Source: Chloroflexota bacterium
Lineage (GTDB): Bacteria > Chloroflexota > UBA6077 > JAJPHF01
Assembly: GCA_019686175.1 (NCBI GenBank)
Contig: JADGHJ010000001.1
Span: 1 to 48,153, forward strand
Length of the DNA: 48,153 bases
Reading direction: 5' to 3'
The translations under genes were made by a program, and so were the position numbers. Every line of letters begins with the position of its first letter. Within the stretch, counting starts at the first letter, position 1. Of this stretch, positions 8,019 to 15,664 are shown one piece after another. The notes below the pieces were generated by a model. That model saw nothing but the letters and a program-made list of their open reading frames with translations, did not search any database and was not told the DNA's origin.

Positions 8019-9125
8019 TCAGCGATTGCCTCGTACATAGCTTAATGGGCCGGCCTGGCGGACCAGGCCTTTCAGCTCCATCATCACCAGCGTGCTGCTG
8101 ACGGTCTCGATAGGCAGCCCGGTGGTCCGCGCTACCTCGTCGACGTGGCGCGGCTCGCGGTCCAGCGCCGCGAGCAGGGCGCTCTCCGTCGGGTCGGCGG
8201 GTAGGGTCGCCCGGCTGGCCTGCTGCTCGGCGACCAGCGTGAAATGCAAGTCCTCGAGCAGGTCGCGCGCGTCGAGCAGTGGGCGGGCGCCGTCCTTCAG
8301 CAGGGCGTTGGTGCCCTGGCTGGCCGGGCTGAAGATACTGCCCGGCACCGCGTAGACGTCGCGCCCCTGCTCCAGCGCCAGCTCGGCGGTGATCAAGGCG
8401 CCGCTGCTACGGCCCGCCTCGACCACCACCACCGCCCGCGCCAGCCCCGCCAGGATGCGGTTGCGGCGCGGGAAATTCGGCGCATCCGGCCGCGTGCCGA
8501 GCGGGAACTCCGAGATCAGTGCACCGCTCGCTGCCACCTCACGCGCCAGGCCCTGGTGCTCGGGCGGATAGATCGTATCGAGCCCGTGCCCGAGGACCGC
8601 GAGGGTGCGCCCGCCGGCGGCGAGCGCGGCGCGGTGGGCGCAGGCATCGATGCCGCGGGCCAGGCCGCTGACCACCGTGATCCCCGCTCTGGCCAGGGCG
8701 GTCGCCAGTGTCTCCGCTACCTGGCGGCCGTAGGCCGTGGCGCGCCGCGTCCCGACGATCGCTACGGCCCACTCGTCGGCCGGCAGCAACTCGCCACGCA
8801 GGAACAACACGGGTGGCGGGTCGGCGATCTCGCGCAGCGCGGCTGGATAGCCCGCATCGGCGAGCGTGAGCGCCCGCACGCCCACCGCGGCCAGGCGCGC
8901 TTCCTCGCCGATCGGCGCGACCGCCTCGCGCAGCGCCAGCAGTTGCCGTACGACGCGTGCGTCGAGCCCGGCGGCCGCGAGGGCGGCAGCGGACGCGCGC
9001 CAGGCCGCCTCGGCGGAGCCGAAGTGCTGGAGCAGGCGCTGGAAGCGGGCGGGCCCGATCCCCACCGCCCGCGTGAGGGCTAGCCAGTAGTCGCGCTCTG
9101 GGGGCTGTGGCGGTGCTCCGGGCAC
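8019..9125 (-). CDS. dprA: DNA processing/protecting protein DprA (Smf)
   Basis: ORF 8019-9236. Motifs: AIVGTRRATAYG, VVSGLARGIDACAHRAAL, VLGHGLDTIYPPEH and FPRRNRILAGL, plus a C-terminal winged-helix region. I prefer GTG 9125 (GAGG/GGGAGG just upstream, TACAAT box at 9178-9173) over the track start at 9236, which has no SD. The dprA-topA synteny is classical. Confidence 0.88.
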   Translation of the reverse strand: MPGAPPQPPERDYWLALTRAVGIGPARFQRLLQHFGSAEAAWRASAAALAAAGLDARVVRQLLALREAVAPIGEEARLAAVGVRALTLADAGYPAALREIADPPPVLFLRGELLPADEWAVAIVGTRRATAYGRQVAETLATALARAGITVVSGLARGIDACAHRAALAAGGRTLAVLGHGLDTIYPPEHQGLAREVAASGALISEFPLGTRPDAPNFPRRNRILAGLARAVVVVEAGRSSGALITAELALEQGRDVYAVPGSIFSPASQGTNALLKDGARPLLDARDLLEDLHFTLVAEQQASRATLPADPTESALLAALDREPRHVDEVARTTGLPIETVSSTLVMMELKGLVRQAGPLSYVRGNR

Positions 9126-9245
9126 CCTCCCGCCTCGTGCGTGTCGGGCGCAGGCGCCGCCGACACCATGATATTGTACGGTACTGCCGCGGTATCGTCG
9201 CGCCCGCGGACGCGGCAGCAGGGCGCAGTATAGCACGCCGCGGCG

Positions 9246-10184
9246 CTAGCCAGCGGCCCTGACCGCCGGGCGTACGCGGGGCAGGGTGGCCAGCAGCGCC
9301 TGGGTCTCCGGCGACAACAGCCACTGGATGAACGCGTCCGACAGCCGCCCGGCCGGCCGGCCGCGCTCCAGCGCCACGTACATCTGCCGCTCGATCGGGG
9401 CGCCGACCAGCGGCAAGACCACCACGCGGTCCTCGTGTGGGTCGAGGGCCGAGCCCGACACGAAAGCCAGGCCGACCCCGGCGGCGACCGCCTGCTTCAC
9501 CGCCTCGCTGCTGCCCAGCACGGTGGCGATGGTCAGGTGCGTGAGCCCGAGCCGCTGGAGGGCCTGCTCGGCCGCGGCGCGGGTGCCCGAGCCCTCCTCG
9601 CGCAGGACGAACGGCTCGTGGGCGAGGTCGGATGGCGTCACGACCGCGCGCCCGGCCAGGGGATGGCCCCGGGGGGCGATTAGCACCAGCTCATCGACGG
9701 CGAAGGGGATAAACTCCAGCCGATCGGTATGCGCCACGCCGCCGACTAGCCCCAGGTCGTATTGGCGCCGCAGCAGGCGGTCGAGGACCACGGCCGTATC
9801 CGAGACCTCGACGCTGAGCTGCACCTGGGGGAACCGAGTGCGGAAGGCGCTCAGCAACCGGGGCAGCAGACACTCGCCGGGCGCCGTGCTGCACCCCAGG
9901 TGTAGTGTCCCCGCGGGTGTTTCGGTCGTCCCGCGGACCGCCGCCTCCAGATCCTGGATCAAGGTCAGGATCCGTGTGGCGTAGGCGTACACCTGCTGGC
10001 CCGCTTCGGTGAGGCGCACACCGCGCCCACAGCGGTCCAGCAGCGGCTGGCCGAAGTGGGCCTCGAGGCCGCGGATCTGCAGGCTGACCGCCGGCTGTGT
10101 GAGCCCCAGCCGGCGCGCCGCGGCCGAGAAGCTGCCGGTCGCCACCACCGCCGCGAAGATCTCTAGCTGGTGGAGTGTCAGCAC
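9246..10184 (-). CDS. LysR family transcriptional regulator
   Basis: 312-aa ORF. The HTH reads MLTLHQLEIFAAVVATGSFSAAARRLGLTQPAVSLQIRGLEAHFGQPLLDR, followed by a LysR substrate-binding domain. GTG start. Confidence 0.9.
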   Translation of the reverse strand: MLTLHQLEIFAAVVATGSFSAAARRLGLTQPAVSLQIRGLEAHFGQPLLDRCGRGVRLTEAGQQVYAYATRILTLIQDLEAAVRGTTETPAGTLHLGCSTAPGECLLPRLLSAFRTRFPQVQLSVEVSDTAVVLDRLLRRQYDLGLVGGVAHTDRLEFIPFAVDELVLIAPRGHPLAGRAVVTPSDLAHEPFVLREEGSGTRAAAEQALQRLGLTHLTIATVLGSSEAVKQAVAAGVGLAFVSGSALDPHEDRVVVLPLVGAPIERQMYVALERGRPAGRLSDAFIQWLLSPETQALLATLPRVRPAVRAAG

Positions 10185-10238
10185 AAGTGCCCCCGAGCAG
10201 CACGCGCCGCTCCCAAACTCACCGGGTTTCAGTAGGCC

Positions 10239-10268
10239 ACTCTACCAGCGCCGGTCCGCGGGCGGCAA
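10239..10268 (-). promoter_or_regulatory. candidate promoter of the LysR gene
   Basis: On the minus strand: TTGCCG (10268-10263), 18-nt spacer, TAGAGT (10244-10239), about 55 nt upstream of the GTG start. Confidence 0.35.
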
Positions 10269-10285
10269 TGGGCGCCGAAAGGCGA

Positions 10286-10309
10286 ACCGGCCGTCCGAGG
10301 ACGGCCGGT
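10286..10309 (-). terminator. stem-loop terminator after the secreted-protein gene
   Basis: Perfect 10-bp stem ACCGGCCGTC/GACGGCCGGT with the 4-nt loop CGAG, 28 nt downstream of the stop at 10337. Only a weak T tract follows on the minus strand. Confidence 0.5.
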
Positions 10310-10336
10310 CGAATCGTGCCCCGTGCGCGCCAGCGC

Positions 10337-10888
10337 TCAGCGGCTCAGCCCGAGGCCGAACGCCCCAAAGGCGAACGGCGTAGGCAGGAAGAACTGGTTG
10401 GGGAAGCCTAGCAGCGCGGCGAGGCTGGTGGACCCAAGCGTGGTGCCGGGGGTCAAGGGCCTGGTCACCCCACCGACCGTAAAGACGTTGTCGAACTGCG
10501 CGCCCAACCCGAGCGCCTGCAGCTGCGCCAGCGTGAGCGCCGCCCCCGGCGCGACCGGGTTGAGGAGCAGGCCATCGGGCGCCACGCTCGGTTGGCCATA
10601 CAGGAGGCTGCCGAGCGCCTGCGTCTGGAAGAAGTTCGCCGTCTGCGGCAAGGGATACGGTCCGAAGGGGCCGTATAGCCCGGGTACGACTGGCGCGGCC
10701 CACCAGCCGCCCCAGTAGCCCGCCCACGGGGCCCAGTACGCGGGTCCGCCGGCCTGTTGGAGCTCGGCCGGTCGGAGGCTGTGCACGTCTGCACCCGGTG
10801 GCTGAGCCGCCTCCGGCGCCGCGGCCGCGACCGAAACACCTCCTAGGACCCATACAGCCGCCCACAGGGCAGCGGCGCGCAGCTTCAT
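10337..10888 (-). CDS. secreted hypothetical protein, low-charge, Gly/Pro/Ala/aromatic-rich (here called P1)
   Basis: Part of ORF 10337-10954 from ATG 10888, with AGGAGAGAGAGG upstream. The signal peptide is MKLRAAALWAAVWVLGGVSVAAAA. The mature part contains YWAPWAGYWGGWW and has very few charged residues. I recognise no family. Confidence 0.65.
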   Translation of the reverse strand: MKLRAAALWAAVWVLGGVSVAAAAPEAAQPPGADVHSLRPAELQQAGGPAYWAPWAGYWGGWWAAPVVPGLYGPFGPYPLPQTANFFQTQALGSLLYGQPSVAPDGLLLNPVAPGAALTLAQLQALGLGAQFDNVFTVGGVTRPLTPGTTLGSTSLAALLGFPNQFFLPTPFAFGAFGLGLSR

Positions 10889-11010
10889 CCTCTCTCTCCT
10901 CACTGCGAGCGTGGCCGGTGCGCTCCCACGCGCCCGGCGCCACGCTCGGCGCATTTTCGGTACGTTAAACGGCTGTCAGGGGAAAAAGGTTACAGGGCTG
11001 GGGGCGCTCG

Positions 11011-12429
11011 CTACGGCAGAGCGGCGGCGAAGGCCGCGTAGGGGAAGTCGCTCGCCCCCATGGCGCGGAGTAACTGCTCGCCACTGATGACGCGGCCGTA
11101 GCCCGGTCCGTCGTCGATGGGGTCGTTGTACAGGAAAGCGTCCCCCACGATGCCCGTGAGCACGATATAGTGGTCGCCGCGGTACAAGGCATCCTCACGC
11201 CCTGGCAGCAGGCGGAACTTGACTTGGGGGATCACCGGGTGGTTCGCGCGCAGTGCCGCGCGGAGGTCCTCGAGACGCCACCGGCGCAGCTTGCCATCGG
11301 GCGCTTGGAGGTCGAGCGCCCGGAGGCCGTACGTCTCGGCGGCCCCCGCGAGCGCCTCGATGAACGAGCCGCAGTCCTGACAGTTCGGAGTGCCCTGCAG
11401 CGCCATGACCTGGCGGCGGACCTCGGCTGGGGAGGCCGTGAGCCCGTGCGCGGCGAGCAGCATGGCCACGCTGGTCGGGCCGCAGTTGGCAGCCGCCCAG
11501 GGCGAGCCGTCGAGCTGTGAGAGGTAGGGGACCTTGAGCCACACCTCCGGCCGCTGCCGCAGCAGGTCGGCCGTGGCCAGGAAGCGCGCGATGCGGGCCG
11601 GCTCGACATCGGTCGGGAGCAGCATGGTGCTGGGGAGCCAGCCCGTCAGCGGGCCGGCGTCGCGCCCATCGCCCAGGTAGAGCACACGGGTCCAGCCGTC
11701 CTGTACTCCGAGGACCTCGACATACGTGCCACGCGGCAGCGCCCCGGCATCGCGCGCTCCCGCCTGCGGGCCCGCTCGCAGGATAGTGTTCTCGCCCACG
11801 CGCACGAACTGCGGCCAGCCGGCTGGGCTGAGCACGCCCTTGTCGACCCAGGCCTCGCCAGGCTGGCGACGCGCACGGTCGCCCCCATAGTAGACGCGGT
11901 AGCGCGTCTCGGCCGCGCCGAGGATCCGGAAGTAGGCGCCGGGCGGCACGGTCGTGAACTCCTCCGCATCCATGTCGGCGCCGCCCCAGAGGGTGGCCGG
12001 CTCGCTGTTCTGGCCCCACAGCGGCAGCGAGGCGCTGGGCGGCGTCGCGCGGGGTTGCGGGGTCGCGGCCGGAGCGAAGGTCGGTACAGGTGTACGTGCG
12101 GCCGTCAATTGCTCCCGCGCGTCATGCCCCCGGCCGCCCAGTAGCGCGAGCGCCGCGGATCCGTGGACCCCCTCGCCCATCATCAGCATCCGCTCGGCCC
12201 CCGCAGGTCGAGCGGAATAGATGAACAGGCTCAGGCTCAGCAGCACCGCGACCGCCACTAGCGCCACGAGGCGCGCTGGTGTCCGGGTCGAGAGCCGCTG
12301 GAGCCCGGTGCGCAGCCGCGCACGAACGAGCAGACGGGCCAGCAGCGAGGGGTGTGGTAGCGTGTGAAGCGGTTGATGCAGCCGGCCGCGCGGCCTTAGC
12401 CGCAGTCCCCTCGCGCCGTCGGTAGCCAA
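11011..12429 (-). CDS. membrane-anchored SH3b-domain + peptidase C39-like (C39_2) cysteine peptidase
   Basis: ORF 11011-12534. One TM helix (LVALVAVAVLLSLSLFIYSA) and two SH3b-like repeats (FTTVPPGAYFRILGAAETRYRVYY; ILRAGPQAGARDAGALPRGTYVEVLGVQDGWTRVLYLG). The C39-like domain has Cys in AANCGPTSVAMLL, His in GDHYIVLTG and Asp in YNDP. The TTG at 12534 is itself part of a TTGACA promoter box, so I start at the next in-frame start, TTG 12429, with GGAG 6 nt upstream. Confidence 0.8.
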   Translation of the reverse strand: MATDGARGLRLRPRGRLHQPLHTLPHPSLLARLLVRARLRTGLQRLSTRTPARLVALVAVAVLLSLSLFIYSARPAGAERMLMMGEGVHGSAALALLGGRGHDAREQLTAARTPVPTFAPAATPQPRATPPSASLPLWGQNSEPATLWGGADMDAEEFTTVPPGAYFRILGAAETRYRVYYGGDRARRQPGEAWVDKGVLSPAGWPQFVRVGENTILRAGPQAGARDAGALPRGTYVEVLGVQDGWTRVLYLGDGRDAGPLTGWLPSTMLLPTDVEPARIARFLATADLLRQRPEVWLKVPYLSQLDGSPWAAANCGPTSVAMLLAAHGLTASPAEVRRQVMALQGTPNCQDCGSFIEALAGAAETYGLRALDLQAPDGKLRRWRLEDLRAALRANHPVIPQVKFRLLPGREDALYRGDHYIVLTGIVGDAFLYNDPIDDGPGYGRVISGEQLLRAMGASDFPYAAFAAALP

Positions 12430-12504
12430 GCTGTACTCCGGACTGTGGCGAGCGCTGTCCCCACCGCCGGACGGCTGGCATGTCGCCGCCCGATCTCGGC
12501 GGTC

Positions 12505-12534
12505 ATGGTAGGACGCTCGCCAGGGGGATGTCAA
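12505..12534 (-). promoter_or_regulatory. candidate sigma70-type promoter of the SH3b/C39-like gene
   Basis: On the minus strand: TTGACA (12534-12529), 18-nt spacer, TACCAT (12510-12505). Confidence 0.45.
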
Positions 12535-12755
12535 TAACTTGGCGCGAGTGAGACCAGGCTCGGCCAGCGCGGGTTATAGCCCAAGGTCATAATCTCTGGG
12601 AATCGGAACGCCCCCGTCTGGCGCGAAGAGGCCTCGCGCCCGAGAGCGTGCTCTGTTCTTTATGCAATGAACGTCGTGAAGACCTCGGAGAGAGACGAGA
12701 CCGCCAGGGGCGCCCAAGGGGTGAGGCGCCACCTGACGGTCGTGGAGGAGGTAAG

Positions 12756-12788
12756 GCGGGTGGCGTGAGAGCACTCCTCGCCACCCGC
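12756..12788 (-). terminator. stem-loop after hsp20
   Basis: Perfect 10-bp inverted repeat GCGGGTGGCG/CGCCACCCGC with a 13-nt loop, beginning 9 nt downstream of the hsp20 stop at 12797. There is no clear U tract. Confidence 0.45.
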
Positions 12789-12796
12789 AGGATCGT

Positions 12797-13240
12797 TTAC
12801 TTGCTCGCGGTCACCGTGATCCGCCGCGGGCGGGCGGCTGCCGCCTTGGGCACCGTCAGGCGCAGTAGGCCGTGCTCGTAGCGGGCCTGCGCGGCGTCGG
12901 CGTCCAGCTCCGTTGGCAGCGTGATGGTTCGCTCGAAGCGGCCGACCGGGCGCTCGCGGAACAGGTAGTTGCGCTTCTCGTCCGCTGCTGGGTACTCGCC
13001 GGTGATCGTCACCTGGGAGCCGAGCACCGACACATTGACGTTCTCGGGCGACAGGCCCGGTAGCGCGGCCTCGATCACATAGTGATCGTTCTCCGCATAC
13101 ACATCCAGTGGCAGCGCGGTCATCGTGCCCATCAAGCCACGTAGGCGCTCCGGCCGGACCAAGCTCTGTTCGAGTAGCTCGTTCATCACGGAGCGTAGCG
13201 GCATCAGATCCTGGAACGGGTCCCAGCGCGCTAGAGCCAT
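12797..13240 (-). CDS. Hsp20/alpha-crystallin family small heat-shock protein
   Basis: 147-aa ORF reading WDPFQDL...PLDVYAENDHYVIEAALPGLSPENVNVSVLGSQVTITGE...FERTITLP...ARYEHGLLRLTVPK. AAGGGAGG lies 7 nt upstream of the ATG. Confidence 0.93.
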   Translation of the reverse strand: MALARWDPFQDLMPLRSVMNELLEQSLVRPERLRGLMGTMTALPLDVYAENDHYVIEAALPGLSPENVNVSVLGSQVTITGEYPAADEKRNYLFRERPVGRFERTITLPTELDADAAQARYEHGLLRLTVPKAAAARPRRITVTASK

Positions 13241-13270
13241 GTCGATACCTCCCTTAGTACTGCCTCCCGC

Positions 13271-13318
13271 CTGCTTGCCGCAGCGGAGCGGCTTGCACCG
13301 CCTGCTCTCTGCAAGCAG
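13271..13318. promoter_or_regulatory. long imperfect inverted repeat in the hsp20 upstream/leader region
   Basis: CTGCTTGC (13271-13278) pairs with GCAAGCAG (13311-13318). An inner pairing GCAGCGG/CCGCCTGC carries one bulge. The repeat lies 30-80 nt upstream of the hsp20 ATG on the coding strand. Its function is unknown. Confidence 0.3.
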
Positions 13319-13529
13319 TATGCGTAGCTAGTTGTTAGAATCACGTCATTCCACGGCTAAGGCCCCATTAGGATTGCCACCCACCTGGTGTGGCCGTATG
13401 GGTCCGTGTCGGCAAGCACGACCGAGCGGCTGGGATGCAGGAGCGTCCAGCGCGAGGTAGGACCGCGTGCACCGAATGGGCGGCGACCTCGCCTCGCTAA
13501 CCGATGTCAGCTCGGACAAGGAAGTCACT

Positions 13530-14135
13530 GTGGGGCACGCCGAAGGGCGCTGCCCTCCGGCTGGTCCGCTACCATTCGGAGGGGACGATGAAACGTGGTG
13601 GCGTACACCGCCGCGCTTCTGTCCCCACGGCTTCCGTCGCCTGCTCCTCGCGCGCAGTTCGCGCCTACTGGTGAGCGTGCTTGCCTTCGACTCTGGTCAG
13701 CGCGAGCACCTCCATCAACACCCGGATTCTGCGGAGCAGTTCCATGTCCTGGCGGGCGCGGGCGCCCTATTCATCGACGATCATTGGAGAGCACTGGTGC
13801 CGGGACAAACGCAGTTCCGGCCGGCTGGTGTCTGGCATGGCGTACAGGCCGCCAGCCGGCTGGTGCTGCTGTCCGTCCAGGCGCCCATACCGCGCGCACC
13901 CCTGACGGTATGGCACCCGAGCGTGGCGGGGGCTACCCTGTCCAGCCTCGATCGTGAGCGGCTATTGCGCTTTCGGTGCTGCTGCTGTCCGCGCTGCGGT
14001 GGACACGCCCGCCGGGGCCGGTTGGCTGCGGCGTGTACGACCTGTGGCAGCCCACGCGCAAGCGTGCGGTGCGAAAACTGTCACTGGCAGGTGGCGCGGA
14101 TCTGCCTGGCCCGTACCCGATCGCAGGCGGGCTGA
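13530..14135 (+). CDS. cupin domain protein with C-terminal Cys-rich zinc-ribbon-like tail
   Basis: ORF 13467-14135. The cupin core is LLVSVLAFDSGQREHLHQHPDSAEQFHVLAGAGALFIDD...FRPAGVWHGVQA. The tail RFRCCCCPRCGG...CTTCG...CENC has three CxxC pairs. I prefer GTG 13530 (AAGGAAG 5 nt upstream); ATG 13467 is the alternative. The third-codon-position G+C is lower than in neighbouring genes. Confidence 0.6.
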   Translation: MGHAEGRCPPAGPLPFGGDDETWWRTPPRFCPHGFRRLLLARSSRLLVSVLAFDSGQREHLHQHPDSAEQFHVLAGAGALFIDDHWRALVPGQTQFRPAGVWHGVQAASRLVLLSVQAPIPRAPLTVWHPSVAGATLSSLDRERLLRFRCCCCPRCGGHARRGRLAAACTTCGSPRASVRCENCHWQVARICLARTRSQAG

Positions 14136-14251
14136 GCGGGCACGGGCCTCAGGGGCGATAGGACGCGGACCTGCTACTCGACGCCGAGGGCAGCGCGCGA
14201 GCCCTTCTAGCTGGACGCCGTGCGCAGGGGTGAACGCGATCGTGCCAGTAG

Positions 14252-14280
14252 TTGACGGGTTGGCGAAGCGCGGGTATAGT
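14252..14280 (+). promoter_or_regulatory. candidate sigma70-type promoter
   Basis: TTGACG (14252-14257), 17-nt spacer, TATAGT (14275-14280). It lies about 90 nt upstream of GTG 14374, which has GGGAGGG 10 nt upstream. Confidence 0.55.
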
Positions 14281-14373
14281 TGGGCGAACACCGCTCCCGA
14301 CAGGCGGTGAGAGACACGTTCCCAACCGGCCGCGCGCCCGCCGAACGTTCACCGCAGGGAGGGTTTTACTGCC

Positions 14374-14631
14374 GTGCCGGCTTCGCCACGTCTCCCACAT
14401 CCATCCTTGGTACCGCCGCGCACGTTGCCCTATACACCGCTACAGCTCCTCTTCCTGAGTCGATTGGCTCATCTGGTCGCGCTCTGCTATCATGCGCGAC
14501 ACGAGGTGACCACGCCGGAGCGCACGGCCCTGGTACAGCATGCGCTGCGCTCCACGATCGACGACTGCTTCGCAGCGGGGCTGGCGCCAGAGCTGTTCGC
14601 GCTGCTGGAGAGCGCGGGAACCAACCCCTGA
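14374..14631 (+). CDS. small hypothetical protein (85 aa)
   Basis: ORF 14374-14631. A promoter and SD lie upstream. The second half (TPERTALVQHALRSTIDDCFAAGLAPELFALLESAG) has genome-typical G/C-ending codons. The ORF ends 41 nt before the VTT-family gene. I recognise no family. Confidence 0.4.
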   Translation: MPASPRLPHPSLVPPRTLPYTPLQLLFLSRLAHLVALCYHARHEVTTPERTALVQHALRSTIDDCFAAGLAPELFALLESAGTNP

Positions 14632-14671
14632 GACGTGAGCGCCAGCGCCAGGGCGGCGGGAGGAGACGTGC

Positions 14672-15253
14672 ATGGCGGTCGTGACGCCTGATGTCGTCGT
14701 CAAGCGCTATTGGCAACCCACGGCACGCCTCTGCCGGCCGCATCTCCGGCCGGCCATCCTCCTCGCGGCCATCGTTTTCGCCAGCGCCGCGCTGCTGTTC
14801 CTCCCCATCAACTACAAGGCGCTCGGCGTGTACGGCTACCTCGGTGTGTTCTTGGTCACGCTGCTCGGCACCGGGGCAATGGTGCTACCCGTCCCGTACC
14901 TCGGCTTCATCGCCCTGGCGGGCCGCGATCTCGACCCGGTCTTGGTCGCCCTGGTGGCGGGGGCGGCGGCCGCGCTCGGTGAGCTGACGGGATATCTCGT
15001 GGGCTACACGGGCCGTGCGCTCCTGGGCCGCAACCGCTGGTACCGTTTTCTCGAAGCCCAGATTGGCCGGTTCGGCGTGCCGATCGTCTTCCTCGGCGCG
15101 GCGGTGCCCAATCCCGTGTTCGACGCCATCGGCGTCGTGGCGGGCGCCACGCGCATGCCCGTCGGCGTGTTCCTCGTCGCGTGCTTCCTCGGACGCGTCC
15201 TGCGGCTCTACCTGGTCGCGCTCCTGGGCACCCATCTCCCCTCGGCCACCTGA
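14672..15253 (+). CDS. VTT-domain (DedA/YqaA-like) membrane protein
   Basis: 193-aa ORF starting at an ATG with GGGAGGAG 6 nt upstream. Multiple TM helices and the G-x-x-x-G-Y-x-x-G type motif LGELTGYLVGYTGRALL, then RFGVPIVFLGAAVPNPVFDAIGVVAGATRMP. Confidence 0.8.
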   Translation: MAVVTPDVVVKRYWQPTARLCRPHLRPAILLAAIVFASAALLFLPINYKALGVYGYLGVFLVTLLGTGAMVLPVPYLGFIALAGRDLDPVLVALVAGAAAALGELTGYLVGYTGRALLGRNRWYRFLEAQIGRFGVPIVFLGAAVPNPVFDAIGVVAGATRMPVGVFLVACFLGRVLRLYLVALLGTHLPSAT

Positions 15254-15664
15254 ACAAGCTTCGCGGTCAGCCGCGCGGTCGGAGCTGCTGCGCCTTTCGG
15301 TCATTAGATGCGAGGCGAGTACAGCTGCTGGCCACCTCTCTTGCTGGGCCAGGCGAGTCTGACCCGCCCTGCAGGCCCGGATCCTGCAACACCGTGCCAT
15401 GGTGGCTCTATCGAAGGCCTGGGCTCGGCGGAGGCGCTGGACCCGCTCCAGGCGGCGTTCATCCAGGCAGACGCCTTTCAGTGCGGCTTCTGCACGCCCG
15501 GGCAGGTCATGAGCCTGAAAGGCCTGCTGCTGGAACACCCCGAGCCCACTGATGAGGAGATCCTCCGGGCGATAAGCGGCAATCTCTGCCGGTGTGGTGC
15601 ATATCACAACATTCTCCGGGCCGAGCGGCTGGCGGCGGAGCAGATGGCAGGACCCCGGGGTTAG
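15254..15664 (+). pseudogene. 5'-truncated/degenerate (2Fe-2S)-binding small subunit of a xanthine dehydrogenase/CO dehydrogenase family enzyme
   Basis: ORF 15308-15664 encodes only the second cluster domain: SIEGL...[60 protein letters not shown]. The N-terminal ferredoxin-type domain (C-x4-C-x2-C...C) is missing. Only 54 nt separate the ORF from the preceding gene's stop. A faint out-of-frame remnant (LNKLRGQPRGRSCCAFRSLDARRVQLLATSLAGPGE) is visible in the frame of ORF 15181. Family identity is confident; pseudogene status is an inference. Confidence 0.6.

Noticed and set aside
13241-13345. Known heat-shock control elements upstream of hsp20: CIRCE, HAIR, and a ROSE-type SD-masking thermometer.
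   Set aside because: Neither consensus palindrome is present, and no U(U/C)GCU anti-SD stretch pairs with the AAGGGAGG SD. Only the unrelated palindrome at 13271-13318 is reported.
13588-13674. 28-codon ORF (MKRGGVHRRASVPTASVACSSRAVRAYW) with an ideal SD (GGAGG 5 nt upstream), lying inside the cupin gene in another frame.
   Set aside because: The cupin reading frame is clearly the meaningful one across this stretch (WWRTPP..GFRRLLLARSSRLLVSVLAF aligns with cupin N-terminal strands). The short frame has no features of a real peptide, and the GGAGG encodes Gly-Gly in the cupin frame. A frameshift in the cupin gene is not needed, because an in-frame GTG with an SD exists at 13530.
14440-14703. 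Minus-strand 87-aa ORF and other short ORFs in the 14136-14700 region (13962-14291, 14149-14400, 14280-14684, 14366-14743).
   Set aside because: They have no SD or promoter in the right orientation, and their composition is shadow-ORF-like. They overlap the plus-strand promoter, small ORF and VTT gene arrangement, which explains the region better.
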